A stretch of 64,000 nucleotides of DNA, taken from positions 21,081-85,080 of the IMG/VR virus record IMGVR_UViG_3300021255_002056; one strand, 5' to 3'. The notes beneath the pieces are model-generated. The model ran no database searches and was not told where the DNA came from. It worked only from the letters and a program-made list of their open reading frames with translations. Position numbers and translations under genes: made by a program. This document shows positions 31,434 to 40,619 of the stretch, one piece after another (the stretch's first letter is position 1; the number at the start of each line of letters is the position of its first letter). Source of the stretch: a virus (taxonomy: Duplodnaviria; Caudoviricetes).

Positions 31434-31631
31434 CTAATAATTTCGCCCAGTAATAAGATTTGCGATTTCTCTAAGCTGATTAAACTCTTGCTGGGTCATC
31501 TGGCCAGAATTAAGAAGCTCCTGCACCTTTTGCTGCGGGGTCACATTCTGATTCTGACTTTGATATTGCTGAGCAAAATCATTAAAATTCTTCATTAACT
31601 GACCTAAATTATTTAACATCGGATTTATCAT
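31434..31631 (-). CDS. Small Gln-rich protein, gene 3 of the module
   Basis: PQQKVQELLNSGQMTQQEFNQL; coupled to neighbouring genes. Confidence 0.65.
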   Translation of the reverse strand: MINPMLNNLGQLMKNFNDFAQQYQSQNQNVTPQQKVQELLNSGQMTQQEFNQLREIANLITGRNY

Positions 31632-32031
31632 TTAAAGGTCCTTTCTTAGCTTTATAAAGCTGATTTCTGATTCCTTGAAATTGATTATCCAAGTATGTCT
31701 TTAAGTCATCAAGTTCCTTCTTAGTTACAAAGTAACTTTCTGAAGGATTAGCCTCTACTTTTGGGGTTGTTTCAGTAAATGAAAACGATCTCAAAAGCTG
31801 AGGAGTACCATTAGCAGCTGTTGATTTGATCCAAAATTGATTGGAATTCAAGTCCATTAAATACACGGTATTTCCTGCTGCAACCGGATAGTTGTTTGCT
31901 CCTGCTTCTCCGCTTACAAAAACTATAGTTGGTGGAACAGAATTATACGGTTGGAAACCACTAGTATTTAAGTTAGTACTGCCATAGGCATTAGGTGTTG
32001 GCTGAGTATAATTTGGATTATAATAAGCCAT
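31609..32031 (-). CDS. Hypothetical, gene 2 of the module
   Basis: Start reassigned to MAYYNP using the AAAGGAG RBS; FVSGEAGANNYPVAAGNTVYLMD...FWIKS. Confidence 0.65.
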   Translation of the reverse strand: MAYYNPNYTQPTPNAYGSTNLNTSGFQPYNSVPPTIVFVSGEAGANNYPVAAGNTVYLMDLNSNQFWIKSTAANGTPQLLRSFSFTETTPKVEANPSESYFVTKKELDDLKTYLDNQFQGIRNQLYKAKKGPLNDKSDVK

Positions 32032-32033
32032 TT

Positions 32034-32417
32034 TTATCTCTCCTTTCTCCAATAATAAATAGGAACTTCATCTCCGGAATCCCATGCATCATAGTAAAAA
32101 CCATCTTTTACAGCCACCACATGCTCTCCTGTGGCTAAAAGAAAAGTTCCGTTTGGATTATCCTCGCAGAACTGTTTTACTGTGTAACAATCTGGACAGG
32201 TATTTGAAATATTAAATCGCATATACCCTTTTGATTTAAGATATGATCCCCATACATTATTAGCTGATGGCATATCTTTCATCTCAAATCCTTTTAACAT
32301 AACTTCGGTATACGTCTTATCCCAAGATAAATCTAGTAATATAGATAGTCCTCGAATAACGCAATCACCAACTTTTATACCTTTTGGATTTGGATTATAG
32401 AATACAAATCTCTCCAT
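32034..32417 (-). CDS. Small papain/C39-like peptidase-fold protein, gene 1 of the module
   Basis: GDCVIR (Cys), EHVVAV (His), YDAWDSG (Asp) in papain-like order. Confidence 0.5.
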   Translation of the reverse strand: MERFVFYNPNPKGIKVGDCVIRGLSILLDLSWDKTYTEVMLKGFEMKDMPSANNVWGSYLKSKGYMRFNISNTCPDCYTVKQFCEDNPNGTFLLATGEHVVAVKDGFYYDAWDSGDEVPIYYWRKER

Positions 32418-32428
32418 TTTGATTTATA

Positions 32429-33436
32429 CTAATTAAAGTGCCCGAACAAATATTGTGCTATTAATTCTGTAGAAGTATGTGTGGAATTTGCGATATTCTT
32501 AATACTTGTTCCAGAATTAAATAACTCTCCTATTTTTTTAATTTGTTCTTTAGTTAATGTGTAACCGCTATATGTCATATCTCTTTCTTTATCTTTATTC
32601 TTATCTTTATTCTTATCTTTATTCTTATCTTTATCTTTATTTTGTTTATTAGTTTCGTATACGTTTATGTCATTTGTTTCTTTATACTTATCATTTAAAG
32701 CTTTCGTTCTGTTATAGTCAGCTTTTTTATTTTCTATATTTGCTAAATTATTCATATACTCCGACTCTTTTTTAGCAGCCGCATACTTATCTTCTGCAGT
32801 GTCTTTTTTAGTCATATTATTAATTGCTGCTTCGATAAGTTTCTTACCAGCATCTTGCATTGCCGGAACAACAACCTTATCCATCATTAACTTGGTAAAC
32901 TGTTCACCTCTTGAAACTGGTTTTGGATCAAGTTCTTTGATTTTATTTCTAACATCAGCAGCATCTTTTTCAAGTTTTAATCTAGCAATATATTTTTCAA
33001 GCTGTTTATCAGTTAATTCTGAAATATTTTTATTTCTTGGCGAACGATTTTTTTCCGTATTAATTTTTGTGTAATCATCAACTTTCTTATTTAGCTGCTT
33101 TTTAGTGTCATTAATATCGTCTACTGTCGCTTTTTCATCAGCAGCTTTAGCCAATTTTCGTGCAGTACTAGTAATTCCCTTCAATTTTGGGGACATGGCA
33201 TTATCGATCGCTTTTCTTTCAGCTCTGGTGGTTTTAATATATTTTCCATCAGCTGCTTTACGATACTTATAAACGCCACTAGATGTCATAATATACTCGC
33301 CAGATGAAAGTTTTCTATAGCGTGCTTTGCCCTCCTCGGTTAAAGAACCATCAGGATTTTGATAGCGTCGTACACCCCATTTTTGACCGAGGATTCCATG
33401 ATGATACAATTCATCTTTTGTCAAATAATACTCCAT
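32429..33436 (-). CDS. Basic protein with HHGILGQKWG N-terminal domain, putative internal virion protein
   Basis: ELYHHGILGQKWGVRRYQNPDGSLT; Lys-rich; KDKN repeats; C-terminal HTH-like GTSIKNIA...STELIAQY. Confidence 0.75.
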   Translation of the reverse strand: MEYYLTKDELYHHGILGQKWGVRRYQNPDGSLTEEGKARYRKLSSGEYIMTSSGVYKYRKAADGKYIKTTRAERKAIDNAMSPKLKGITSTARKLAKAADEKATVDDINDTKKQLNKKVDDYTKINTEKNRSPRNKNISELTDKQLEKYIARLKLEKDAADVRNKIKELDPKPVSRGEQFTKLMMDKVVVPAMQDAGKKLIEAAINNMTKKDTAEDKYAAAKKESEYMNNLANIENKKADYNRTKALNDKYKETNDINVYETNKQNKDKDKNKDKNKDKNKDKERDMTYSGYTLTKEQIKKIGELFNSGTSIKNIANSTHTSTELIAQYLFGHFN

Positions 33437-33451
33437 TTTGAATCCTCCAGA

Positions 33452-34030
33452 TTACTGATTGCGTTGATGAGAATATTTATCTTCCAAATAATCTGCAAAG
33501 CTGTCCCAACCGGTTTCCCCTCCGTAAAGAACTATAGTATTAACTGCATAGTTGCTATATTCTCTTAATAATGATTGAAGCGAAGAACTATCTTTTGGCG
33601 TAATGGAATCTAATTCCATATCATATTTACGCAAAATAGCATTTATCTTGTCTAGTTTTGCTTGAAGTTTTCTTGTCTTTGAACTTAAACTATTTGCTTT
33701 GATCTCAGCTCTTCTAGCTTTTTCTTCAAGCTTTGCTGCTTTTTCTTTGGATGTAAACAGTCCAGTTTCTTTTTTTCTAAGTTTCGCAGCTTTATTCTCA
33801 AGCTTAGCTATCTTAGTTCCATGCTTTTGTGTTTCTTTATCTATCTCGGATTGTATGTCTTTGGCTTTTTTTACATAATTATCATATTCGCCTCTTAACT
33901 CGGCGTAACGAATTTTGCCTTCTGGAGTTAATGAGCCATCCGGATTCTGATAACGACGAATTCCCCATTTTTGTCCGAGAATTCCATGATGCTCTAAATA
34001 ATCTTGCTTAGTTAAATAATATTCGCTCAT
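33452..34030 (-). CDS. Second HHGILGQKWG-domain protein
   Basis: Start reassigned to MSEYY (GGAGG RBS); YLEHHGILGQKWGIRRYQNPDGSLT followed by a coiled coil. Confidence 0.75.
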   Translation of the reverse strand: MSEYYLTKQDYLEHHGILGQKWGIRRYQNPDGSLTPEGKIRYAELRGEYDNYVKKAKDIQSEIDKETQKHGTKIAKLENKAAKLRKKETGLFTSKEKAAKLEEKARRAEIKANSLSSKTRKLQAKLDKINAILRKYDMELDSITPKDSSSLQSLLREYSNYAVNTIVLYGGETGWDSFADYLEDKYSHQRNQ

Positions 34031-34034
34031 AATA

Positions 34035-34286
34035 TTAGTCCTCCAATAAACTAATAGATAGTTCTTTTCCACCTATAAATTCTTCATATGAAATCATAGT
34101 TGGAGAAAAAACACTTACCCTACCAGTTTTCTTTTCAACTCCAACCAAACTATCCAATTCATTTTCGTTAGGATCGAGACGGTAATCAAACACAAAATAT
34201 GATTCGTATTCAATTAAATTGCACAATGTCAGTCCTTCAGAAAAATCTGATTCTTTCACAATTTTATATGCTTCTTTTAATGTCAT
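34035..34286 (-). CDS. Putative immunity protein (Imm35/YrhB-like)
   Basis: 83 aa, acidic, EYESYFVF...VGVEKKTGRV; directly after a papain-fold gene. Confidence 0.55.
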   Translation of the reverse strand: MTLKEAYKIVKESDFSEGLTLCNLIEYESYFVFDYRLDPNENELDSLVGVEKKTGRVSVFSPTMISYEEFIGGKELSISLLED

Positions 34287-34302
34287 ATTTTTCTCCTAAC
34301 GC

Positions 34303-36129
34303 TTAATGACGCAATTTTTTAGCATACTCAAGATCATCAACCCAATCCATGTAATCATCAATTTCAGATTGTGCTCCATATGCATCAAGAGTATCTATAA
34401 TTTCTTCGCAAATATCTTCAAGCTCGCTATATGTCATAGACATTTTATTCTTTCCAGCAGGATGCAAAAGTTCATTTTTACTGATTTTGTTTTCTTCCAA
34501 AGCTTTGGTGTAATAGTTATACATATTTAAATAAACCCAAGCAATTTGCTCATTTTTATCAGCTGTATAATTACCATGATCAGCAATATCCGTAGGACAT
34601 GTAACAAATGAAATTCTTTCAGTGTCTACTTCAAGATTATCCGTTCTTAGTAAATAAACTCCTGAAAGACCCGTTTTTTCTTTATTAGTTTTGTCCATGG
34701 CAGTTGTTTTAACCAAATATTCAGTAATGTCTATTTCATGATCAGGGTTGCCAATTCTTTTTTCATCCGGTTGAGTATCAATAAATGTAACTACGCCATT
34801 ATGAACTTCGTAATTAAATATGTGAGCACTAGACGGATACCAGTCAACACTTATAAAACCGGTTGAATCTTTTCCATTAGATTTTTTAAGTATTTTGGAA
34901 ATTAAAGAATCTTTAAGTTTTCCAGCAACTTCGTAATCTTGTTCTTTATTCTTATATGGCTTATAAGTATCATCTAAAGTCTTATAAACATCTGAAAAAT
35001 CTAAATGATCAAATTTTGGAGATGTAAGACCGTTCTTTGTTTTATAAAAACTAGCTATTTCCGAAAGAGGCAATCCTTTAAAAATATTAGGTATAGCTTT
35101 TACGTCAACACCTTTTAAACGCAGATCATAAGCTATTGAACAAGAATAGCAGTTTTTCTGAAAAAGTTCTTTATCTGATCTAAAATAAGGATTTACTGCA
35201 TCTCTACTTTTTTGTATTGAAGTCTTTTCGCTTATAGGCTTAAATACTTTAGATAGATCCTTATTTTTCTCAATAAAGTCATTAAATGAGCTGTTAACGT
35301 TTTTAGCTGCATCATTTGCTTTTTTTATAAAACTATTAATAAAAGAAATACCATTTTTCGTGAATTCTTTTCTTTTATTATTAATTGAGGTTTTGGCATC
35401 GCCTATTTTATTATTAACCGTGTTTTCAATAGCATTCTTAGCATCAGAAATTGCATTCCTAGCATAGTCAGCCATATTTAATACTCTATTTTTTTCTTTA
35501 TTTATTTTTGACGTGACTTTAGATTTTGTATTATCTATTGTGTCATTAACAATTGTGTTGATAGATTTAATTTTTCTATTAACTATATCTTTAGATTTTT
35601 CTACAAAATTTTTACCTTTTTCACTTTTCTTTTTATCAAGTTTTTCAATTTTTTCGCTTTTCTTTTTATCAAGTTTTTTAACTTTTTCTGAATATTTTGT
35701 AAAAGGAACTTTCTTTGAAACTACTTCACTAGACTCATTTTGAGTCTCTTTTTTTCTAGCATTAGTCTTTGGACCAAATGCTTTTCGTTTCTCTGAATTA
35801 TTTGAATCATTTTTATCTTCAGAATTTGTGTCTTTCTGACTAGATGTTTTATATGGTTTGAACAAATTAGCAAATATATTTGTAATACTATTTTTTGCTA
35901 GAACAAATGAACGTTTATTTGTAAAACCAGTTTTTCCTCTGCTATAAGCATCGTATTCAGCTTTCGTATAAAAATACTTGTATTTTGGTTTTGAATCTGA
36001 ACCAAGATTTATTCTCTCATAATATTTATGATGTTCTTTTTTACCGCCTAATTTAATTCCCCAGTGATATAATTCATTTTCCTTATGGATAGCATACTCT
36101 TGATTATGTTTTTCCATAGTGCAGTTCAT
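34303..36129 (-). CDS. Leader-bearing protein with C-terminal papain-fold (Tox-PL-like) domain
   Basis: ELYHWGIK leader; NCYSCSIAYDLRLKGVDVKA, SAHIFNYEV, FIDTQ triad. Confidence 0.72.
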   Translation of the reverse strand: MNCTMEKHNQEYAIHKENELYHWGIKLGGKKEHHKYYERINLGSDSKPKYKYFYTKAEYDAYSRGKTGFTNKRSFVLAKNSITNIFANLFKPYKTSSQKDTNSEDKNDSNNSEKRKAFGPKTNARKKETQNESSEVVSKKVPFTKYSEKVKKLDKKKSEKIEKLDKKKSEKGKNFVEKSKDIVNRKIKSINTIVNDTIDNTKSKVTSKINKEKNRVLNMADYARNAISDAKNAIENTVNNKIGDAKTSINNKRKEFTKNGISFINSFIKKANDAAKNVNSSFNDFIEKNKDLSKVFKPISEKTSIQKSRDAVNPYFRSDKELFQKNCYSCSIAYDLRLKGVDVKAIPNIFKGLPLSEIASFYKTKNGLTSPKFDHLDFSDVYKTLDDTYKPYKNKEQDYEVAGKLKDSLISKILKKSNGKDSTGFISVDWYPSSAHIFNYEVHNGVVTFIDTQPDEKRIGNPDHEIDITEYLVKTTAMDKTNKEKTGLSGVYLLRTDNLEVDTERISFVTCPTDIADHGNYTADKNEQIAWVYLNMYNYYTKALEENKISKNELLHPAGKNKMSMTYSELEDICEEIIDTLDAYGAQSEIDDYMDWVDDLEYAKKLRH

Positions 36130-36132
36130 TAT

Positions 36133-36441
36133 TTAACGTTTTTTGTTTAATAAGTCCCTTAATATATCACTGGTAGGCTTATTATACTTTTTAATTTTTA
36201 TGCTAGTAGTTCTAATTCCATTTAGCAATCTTGCTATGAATCTTTTTCCTTTATATGCAAGTCTATCTGCTCTTTTTTGAATGTCGTCTAACCCATTTTC
36301 TTTATTTGAAGAATCATCGTCTGATAATTTATCTCCATATAAATAATAGGTTTTTCCGTTTTTTACATATTTTGAAATATACTTATGCTTCTTCCATCCA
36401 GATCCTTTTGCCGAATGATATAACTCATATCCCATAAACAC
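36133..36441 (-). CDS. Short leader-bearing protein
   Basis: ELYHSAKGSGWKKHKY resembles the N-terminus of the 608-aa protein. Confidence 0.6.
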   Translation of the reverse strand: MFMGYELYHSAKGSGWKKHKYISKYVKNGKTYYLYGDKLSDDDSSNKENGLDDIQKRADRLAYKGKRFIARLLNGIRTTSIKIKKYNKPTSDILRDLLNKKR

Positions 36442-36447
36442 ATCTCC

Positions 36448-36687
36448 TCAAATAATCTTCTTTCCAGATCTGTATTGGTCTAAAGGAATATCAAATGGAA
36501 AGAACGCTTTGATTTCCTTTGTTGTTTTATTAATAGAAAAACTTCTATTTAAAGGACCTTCATCTTGATGTTTAATTACATAATCATTCGGTATTAAATT
36601 AAACACCAAAATATCGCCATAGTCATAAACCGAATCAATTATGTATGACGGAAAGGCATTATTAATTATTTCCTTGTATTCTTCCAT
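36448..36687 (-). CDS. Putative immunity protein (Imm35/YrhB-like)
   Basis: 79 aa, YDYGDILVF...FSINKTTKEI; overlaps the stop of a papain-fold gene. Confidence 0.55.
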   Translation of the reverse strand: MEEYKEIINNAFPSYIIDSVYDYGDILVFNLIPNDYVIKHQDEGPLNRSFSINKTTKEIKAFFPFDIPLDQYRSGKKII

Positions 36688-37658
36688 GAACTCTTCCTTT
36701 CGTGTTCAATGGCGTTTATGTATTTAATAGATCCATTTTGATAAATCAACAGATAGCATAAACTATTCTGCTTGAGATGAACCTTTATAAAAGTTTTGTA
36801 CCTTGTAACTGCAAAATTGTTTAGTCTAAACTGACTAGCTAAACAGTCTAACGATAGTAACGCATAGTCATTATCCTTTGGGCAAGTTGTGTCGAATAGT
36901 TTATTCTTCACACATTTTAAAATACGTTCGGTAGGCTCTTCGTTATCTGTACGAAAGTAATATAGTCTATTTAAGTAATCATAGTATTCACTTAAATATC
37001 GAATTTTACTATGCTGGCAATCTCTTAAAATTACTCTGCCATTCAATACCTCATAAATTAATGAATGAGCACCACCAAAAGTCCACATTAAACTAATCTG
37101 TCCTCTTGCGTTGTTACCCTGACTAATCAATTCTTCTTCTATATCAGAACAAGAATAATTAGAGGTGCTCATATACCGGTATCCAGGATACTCTTCATCA
37201 AAACGCTTCTGTTTCAACTCTTTGCCATCGTAAAACGGAGCAGAGTTTTTATGTGTCCACCAAGAATAAATCTCAAATATACTATTAATACTAGAATCAA
37301 TATCAGAATTGTTATGATAATCGTCTGCTTCTACGTCAAAACCTCTTCTTCGGAGATCGTACGCTGCAGAACAATAAGCGCAATTAATAGTAAATGCTTG
37401 ATCATCTTTAAGATAAGGATTAACTCGCTGCATATCATCATTCATACTCATTGGAAATTGTTTTCGCTTAAGATCGGATAATTTATCAGGATTATCCTCT
37501 GAAACTTGATTAAGCATTAATTGAATAGAGTTTTTCCAATTGATTAAAATATTTAACTCTTTTAATCCTTTGCCGTTTGCAGTTAATTTCAATCCTCTAT
37601 TAATATTCGCTAAAAGTTTTGACTTACTGCTTTTCGGAGACCTGATAAACTCATTCAT
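36666..37658 (-). CDS. Papain-fold (Tox-PL-like) protein
   Basis: VNP..., NCAYCSAAYDLRRRGFDVEA, GAHSLIYEV, LRDCQ. Confidence 0.72.
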   Translation of the reverse strand: MNEFIRSPKSSKSKLLANINRGLKLTANGKGLKELNILINWKNSIQLMLNQVSEDNPDKLSDLKRKQFPMSMNDDMQRVNPYLKDDQAFTINCAYCSAAYDLRRRGFDVEADDYHNNSDIDSSINSIFEIYSWWTHKNSAPFYDGKELKQKRFDEEYPGYRYMSTSNYSCSDIEEELISQGNNARGQISLMWTFGGAHSLIYEVLNGRVILRDCQHSKIRYLSEYYDYLNRLYYFRTDNEEPTERILKCVKNKLFDTTCPKDNDYALLSLDCLASQFRLNNFAVTRYKTFIKVHLKQNSLCYLLIYQNGSIKYINAIEHERKSSWKNTRK

Positions 37659-37668
37659 AACTTATCTC

Positions 37669-39432
37669 CTAAAAACTATCTTTGTTATGTTTAAACGCAA
37701 CAAAAGCGTCAAGCATTGCTGCTACGCAGTCTATTTTCTGATCGGAACGTTTCTTATATAACTTCCGGTTTCCATTAGTATCTTCCAAAGTAATACAGTT
37801 GCCCATTGCAAAGTTCATGATTAATTCATCAAATAAAAGAAGCCTCTGTTCAGAAAGCTTCTTTAATTCTCCTAATGGAACAGATTCTGTTCTAGCACCC
37901 TGAATAACTTTTTCAACTCCAAATGGTCCATGCTCTGTTTCCCATCGCTCTACAAATTCTTTTGCATTATACGGGTCAAATCCAAAGCAGTTAACATCAT
38001 AGCCATGAACATCTATAAATCTATCTAGGTCATCATAGACTTCCATCATGTCTAAAATTGTTCCATCCATGATCATCAGGCTGCCTTCTTTGACAAAATC
38101 ATCGTATTTACTCTTAAGCGCTGACGGTAATTTGTCATAAGTAAATGAGCTTATATAGTTTCTAGTCTTTACACCAAAGGCGTCACCTCTAAGTGGGAAC
38201 AAAAATGTAAACGCACAAAAGTCATCACCCTGAGACATATCTGCTCCAAGAGAACACTGCATTTTATCAAATGATCTAAAATGGTGAGGAAGAGTTTCTT
38301 CGTACGGAAAATAATATGTATAACCTTCCAAAGGAATTCCAAATCTCTTAGCCAGAATATCGTTTCTATTTGATGGAGATTTCTCAGCTCGCTCCTTATC
38401 CAACTGGTAGGTTTCATAGCTTACTGTAATACCTAGATTTGGATTCGCTTTAACCCACATAGCAGGATCGTCAACCTCTTCAACAGAATCCAATCTGTAA
38501 TACCAGATCGATACTCTTGGGTTGATGTAATCTCCTTTAAGTATGTCGATTAGCTCCATTTTGATAGTATCACCTGGGCCATTTCGAACTGTACCTTCTG
38601 AAGAAGTAGCAACAATCAAATAGTCGTTTACTTCTTCAATACCACCTTGCTCCTTAGTACAAGACTGCTCAATAGCGCCAATGACGTCTTCCCTTGTATC
38701 TCCAGACAACCATTCATCGACTGTTGCGATCTTAACACGATAACCCTGAAGCTTATCACGGCTCATAGGTTTTACTTCGATCGTAGATCCGGTAATAAAA
38801 TTCTGAATACCTTTCTTAGTAGAGGCAAGCTTTACTCTATCAGCTCTATTACCGGTTGTGTTTTGTAAAGATCCGTAGGTCATGAACTTGAACATAGGTC
38901 CTCTAGATCGATTAATAGCCGTTCGGATCGGAGATAGCACTTCATCAGCTTGAGCCATTGTTGGAGCTGTAACTGTTTGGCCATTAGCACTACGATCACA
39001 GATCAGAAAATATGCCTGAAGAAAAGCTGCATACATAGACTTTGCAGCACCTCTGGCAATAATTAAATATTGTTTTGTAATTAGGCGTTTCTTAAAATAT
39101 TTGCTAACATAGTGGCCTCCTCGTCCGTTAGGATCTGGAACCCATACACTACGTTCAACAAAGTAATACCATCCAAAAATCTGTTCTGACCAAAGCTTAA
39201 ACGACTCAAGCATTTTAACATCGCCACCGTTTGTAAGAGTTAATTCATTCTCACAAAAAGCAACAAAGCCATTCATTGCATCAGGATCATAGTAGACTCC
39301 TGGATTACTAATAAGATCATCGATACGGTTCATCTCCATAGCGATGTACTTATTAATTTTTGTCTCTCCTCTCATTACGGAATCTCTAAATCTACCGTAA
39401 TATATCGGTACGGCAGTATTAGACAACGGCAT
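37669..39432 (-). CDS. terL: Terminase large subunit
   Basis: Walker A IARGAAKS, Walker B ATVDEW, nuclease LGADMSQGDD and KIDCVAAMLDA. Confidence 0.95.
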   Translation of the reverse strand: MPLSNTAVPIYYGRFRDSVMRGETKINKYIAMEMNRIDDLISNPGVYYDPDAMNGFVAFCENELTLTNGGDVKMLESFKLWSEQIFGWYYFVERSVWVPDPNGRGGHYVSKYFKKRLITKQYLIIARGAAKSMYAAFLQAYFLICDRSANGQTVTAPTMAQADEVLSPIRTAINRSRGPMFKFMTYGSLQNTTGNRADRVKLASTKKGIQNFITGSTIEVKPMSRDKLQGYRVKIATVDEWLSGDTREDVIGAIEQSCTKEQGGIEEVNDYLIVATSSEGTVRNGPGDTIKMELIDILKGDYINPRVSIWYYRLDSVEEVDDPAMWVKANPNLGITVSYETYQLDKERAEKSPSNRNDILAKRFGIPLEGYTYYFPYEETLPHHFRSFDKMQCSLGADMSQGDDFCAFTFLFPLRGDAFGVKTRNYISSFTYDKLPSALKSKYDDFVKEGSLMIMDGTILDMMEVYDDLDRFIDVHGYDVNCFGFDPYNAKEFVERWETEHGPFGVEKVIQGARTESVPLGELKKLSEQRLLLFDELIMNFAMGNCITLEDTNGNRKLYKKRSDQKIDCVAAMLDAFVAFKHNKDSF

Positions 39433-39435
39433 TGG

Positions 39436-39795
39436 TTAGATCTCTCCTATCTCTCCAACATAATTTTGTGTAATAAAACCTCTCCACTCCAATTCGTCAA
39501 TAGTTTCTTTTAAAGCTGTTGCTAAAGTGGATGAAGTCGGCGGATCAAAAATAGATTTAGTTTTTAATCCTGCCCAAGTAATGAGAGTTCTTAAATTTAT
39601 CGGCTGACCTTTAATTAAAATATCGGACCACTTAGATGTATTGTCTTTGATTGTGTGAGCTTCATCAGATAAGCCTTCCTGGTAGACAATAAATAGTACT
39701 GCATTAATAGCAATTATTAAATCTCTATCAAAGTCCGTATTTCTTCGATCAATTCCGATTACATCTTTAATCGAATCTAAAATACTTTGATCCAT
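39436..39795 (-). CDS. Head-tail connector (gp6/gp15-like)
   Basis: SILDSIKDVIGI...FDPPTSS...ELEWR; size and position. Confidence 0.6.
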   Translation of the reverse strand: MDQSILDSIKDVIGIDRRNTDFDRDLIIAINAVLFIVYQEGLSDEAHTIKDNTSKWSDILIKGQPINLRTLITWAGLKTKSIFDPPTSSTLATALKETIDELEWRGFITQNYVGEIGEI

Positions 39796-39798
39796 AAT

Positions 39799-40239
39799 CT
39801 ACCTCCTCCAAAGACAGGTATCATTAGGAGAACGGTCCACAAAAGACTTAGTGAAAATATCGTTCTCACTTCCATAGTGTATTAAATTATGTGTATCTAA
39901 TTTTGTGGTGATCAAGTTTTCAGGATCAAATACCATTTGACTTCTTTGTAAAATATCCTCAACAGTGATCGGATTAATGTGATGAATAATTGCATTTTTA
40001 TAGATCTCATATCCTTCACATCCCAAATCACAGCCATTGTCTCTAAGAATAATCTTTCTCTTAACACTTTTCCATTCAAGACAATGGTAAAGTAACTGGT
40101 TCAAATATCTCTCATACCCAAACGTTTCTTTGGCAACACTCCCATGAAGAAGTAAGTATTCTAACCTTTCCTGAAAACTTTTTAGTTTAATTAATTCTGA
40201 ATAACATCTAGAATAGTTCAACATCTTCGTTGTCCTCAT
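39799..40239 (-). CDS. HNH endonuclease, packaging-associated
   Basis: RDNGCDLG, IIHHINP, HNLIHYG; the first ~34 codons of the tracked ORF overlap the upstream gene and are probably spurious. Confidence 0.8.
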   Translation of the reverse strand: MRTTKMLNYSRCYSELIKLKSFQERLEYLLLHGSVAKETFGYERYLNQLLYHCLEWKSVKRKIILRDNGCDLGCEGYEIYKNAIIHHINPITVEDILQRSQMVFDPENLITTKLDTHNLIHYGSENDIFTKSFVDRSPNDTCLWRR

Positions 40240-40564
40240 CACTAGATGAATTTCCAGTATAAATTCCGAATGCTTGCATAGCTGCAGCGAAGAGTTCTTC
40301 GGAATGTTTTGCAGATTGCAATGCTTGAGTTTTAGCAACAAGCAATTCGTTTTCTTTTCTAAGCTTCTCCAGCTCTAATTTGCTTTTTGTTGATCCCAAT
40401 CTGAGAAAGTGGACCAATTCTTGTGATGATGCTGTATGATTACGGATCCTATACTCCACTTCATCTGCTGCAAGAGCTATAAGCTGGTTCTCACGACCCT
40501 CTTCTGTCTCAGCTGGACGTAGTTTTGGTATAGTTTCTTCTACGACTACACGCTTTTTAGCCAT
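40208..40564 (-). CDS. Probable terminase small subunit
   Basis: 118-aa helical protein, first gene of the HNH-connector-terL block. Confidence 0.45.
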   Translation of the reverse strand: MAKKRVVVEETIPKLRPAETEEGRENQLIALAADEVEYRIRNHTASSQELVHFLRLGSTKSKLELEKLRKENELLVAKTQALQSAKHSEELFAAAMQAFGIYTGNSSSDEDNEDVELF

Positions 40565-40619
40565 GATCTCACTTCCTTTCCTATCAGTTCTGTAATAGTT
40601 TTAATATACTTTAGTGTCA

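Noticed and set aside
32581-35690. CRISPR-like or other non-coding repeat arrays
   Set aside because: The 12-bp (KDKN) and 30-bp (KLDKKKSEK) repeats are in-frame coding repeats without spacers.
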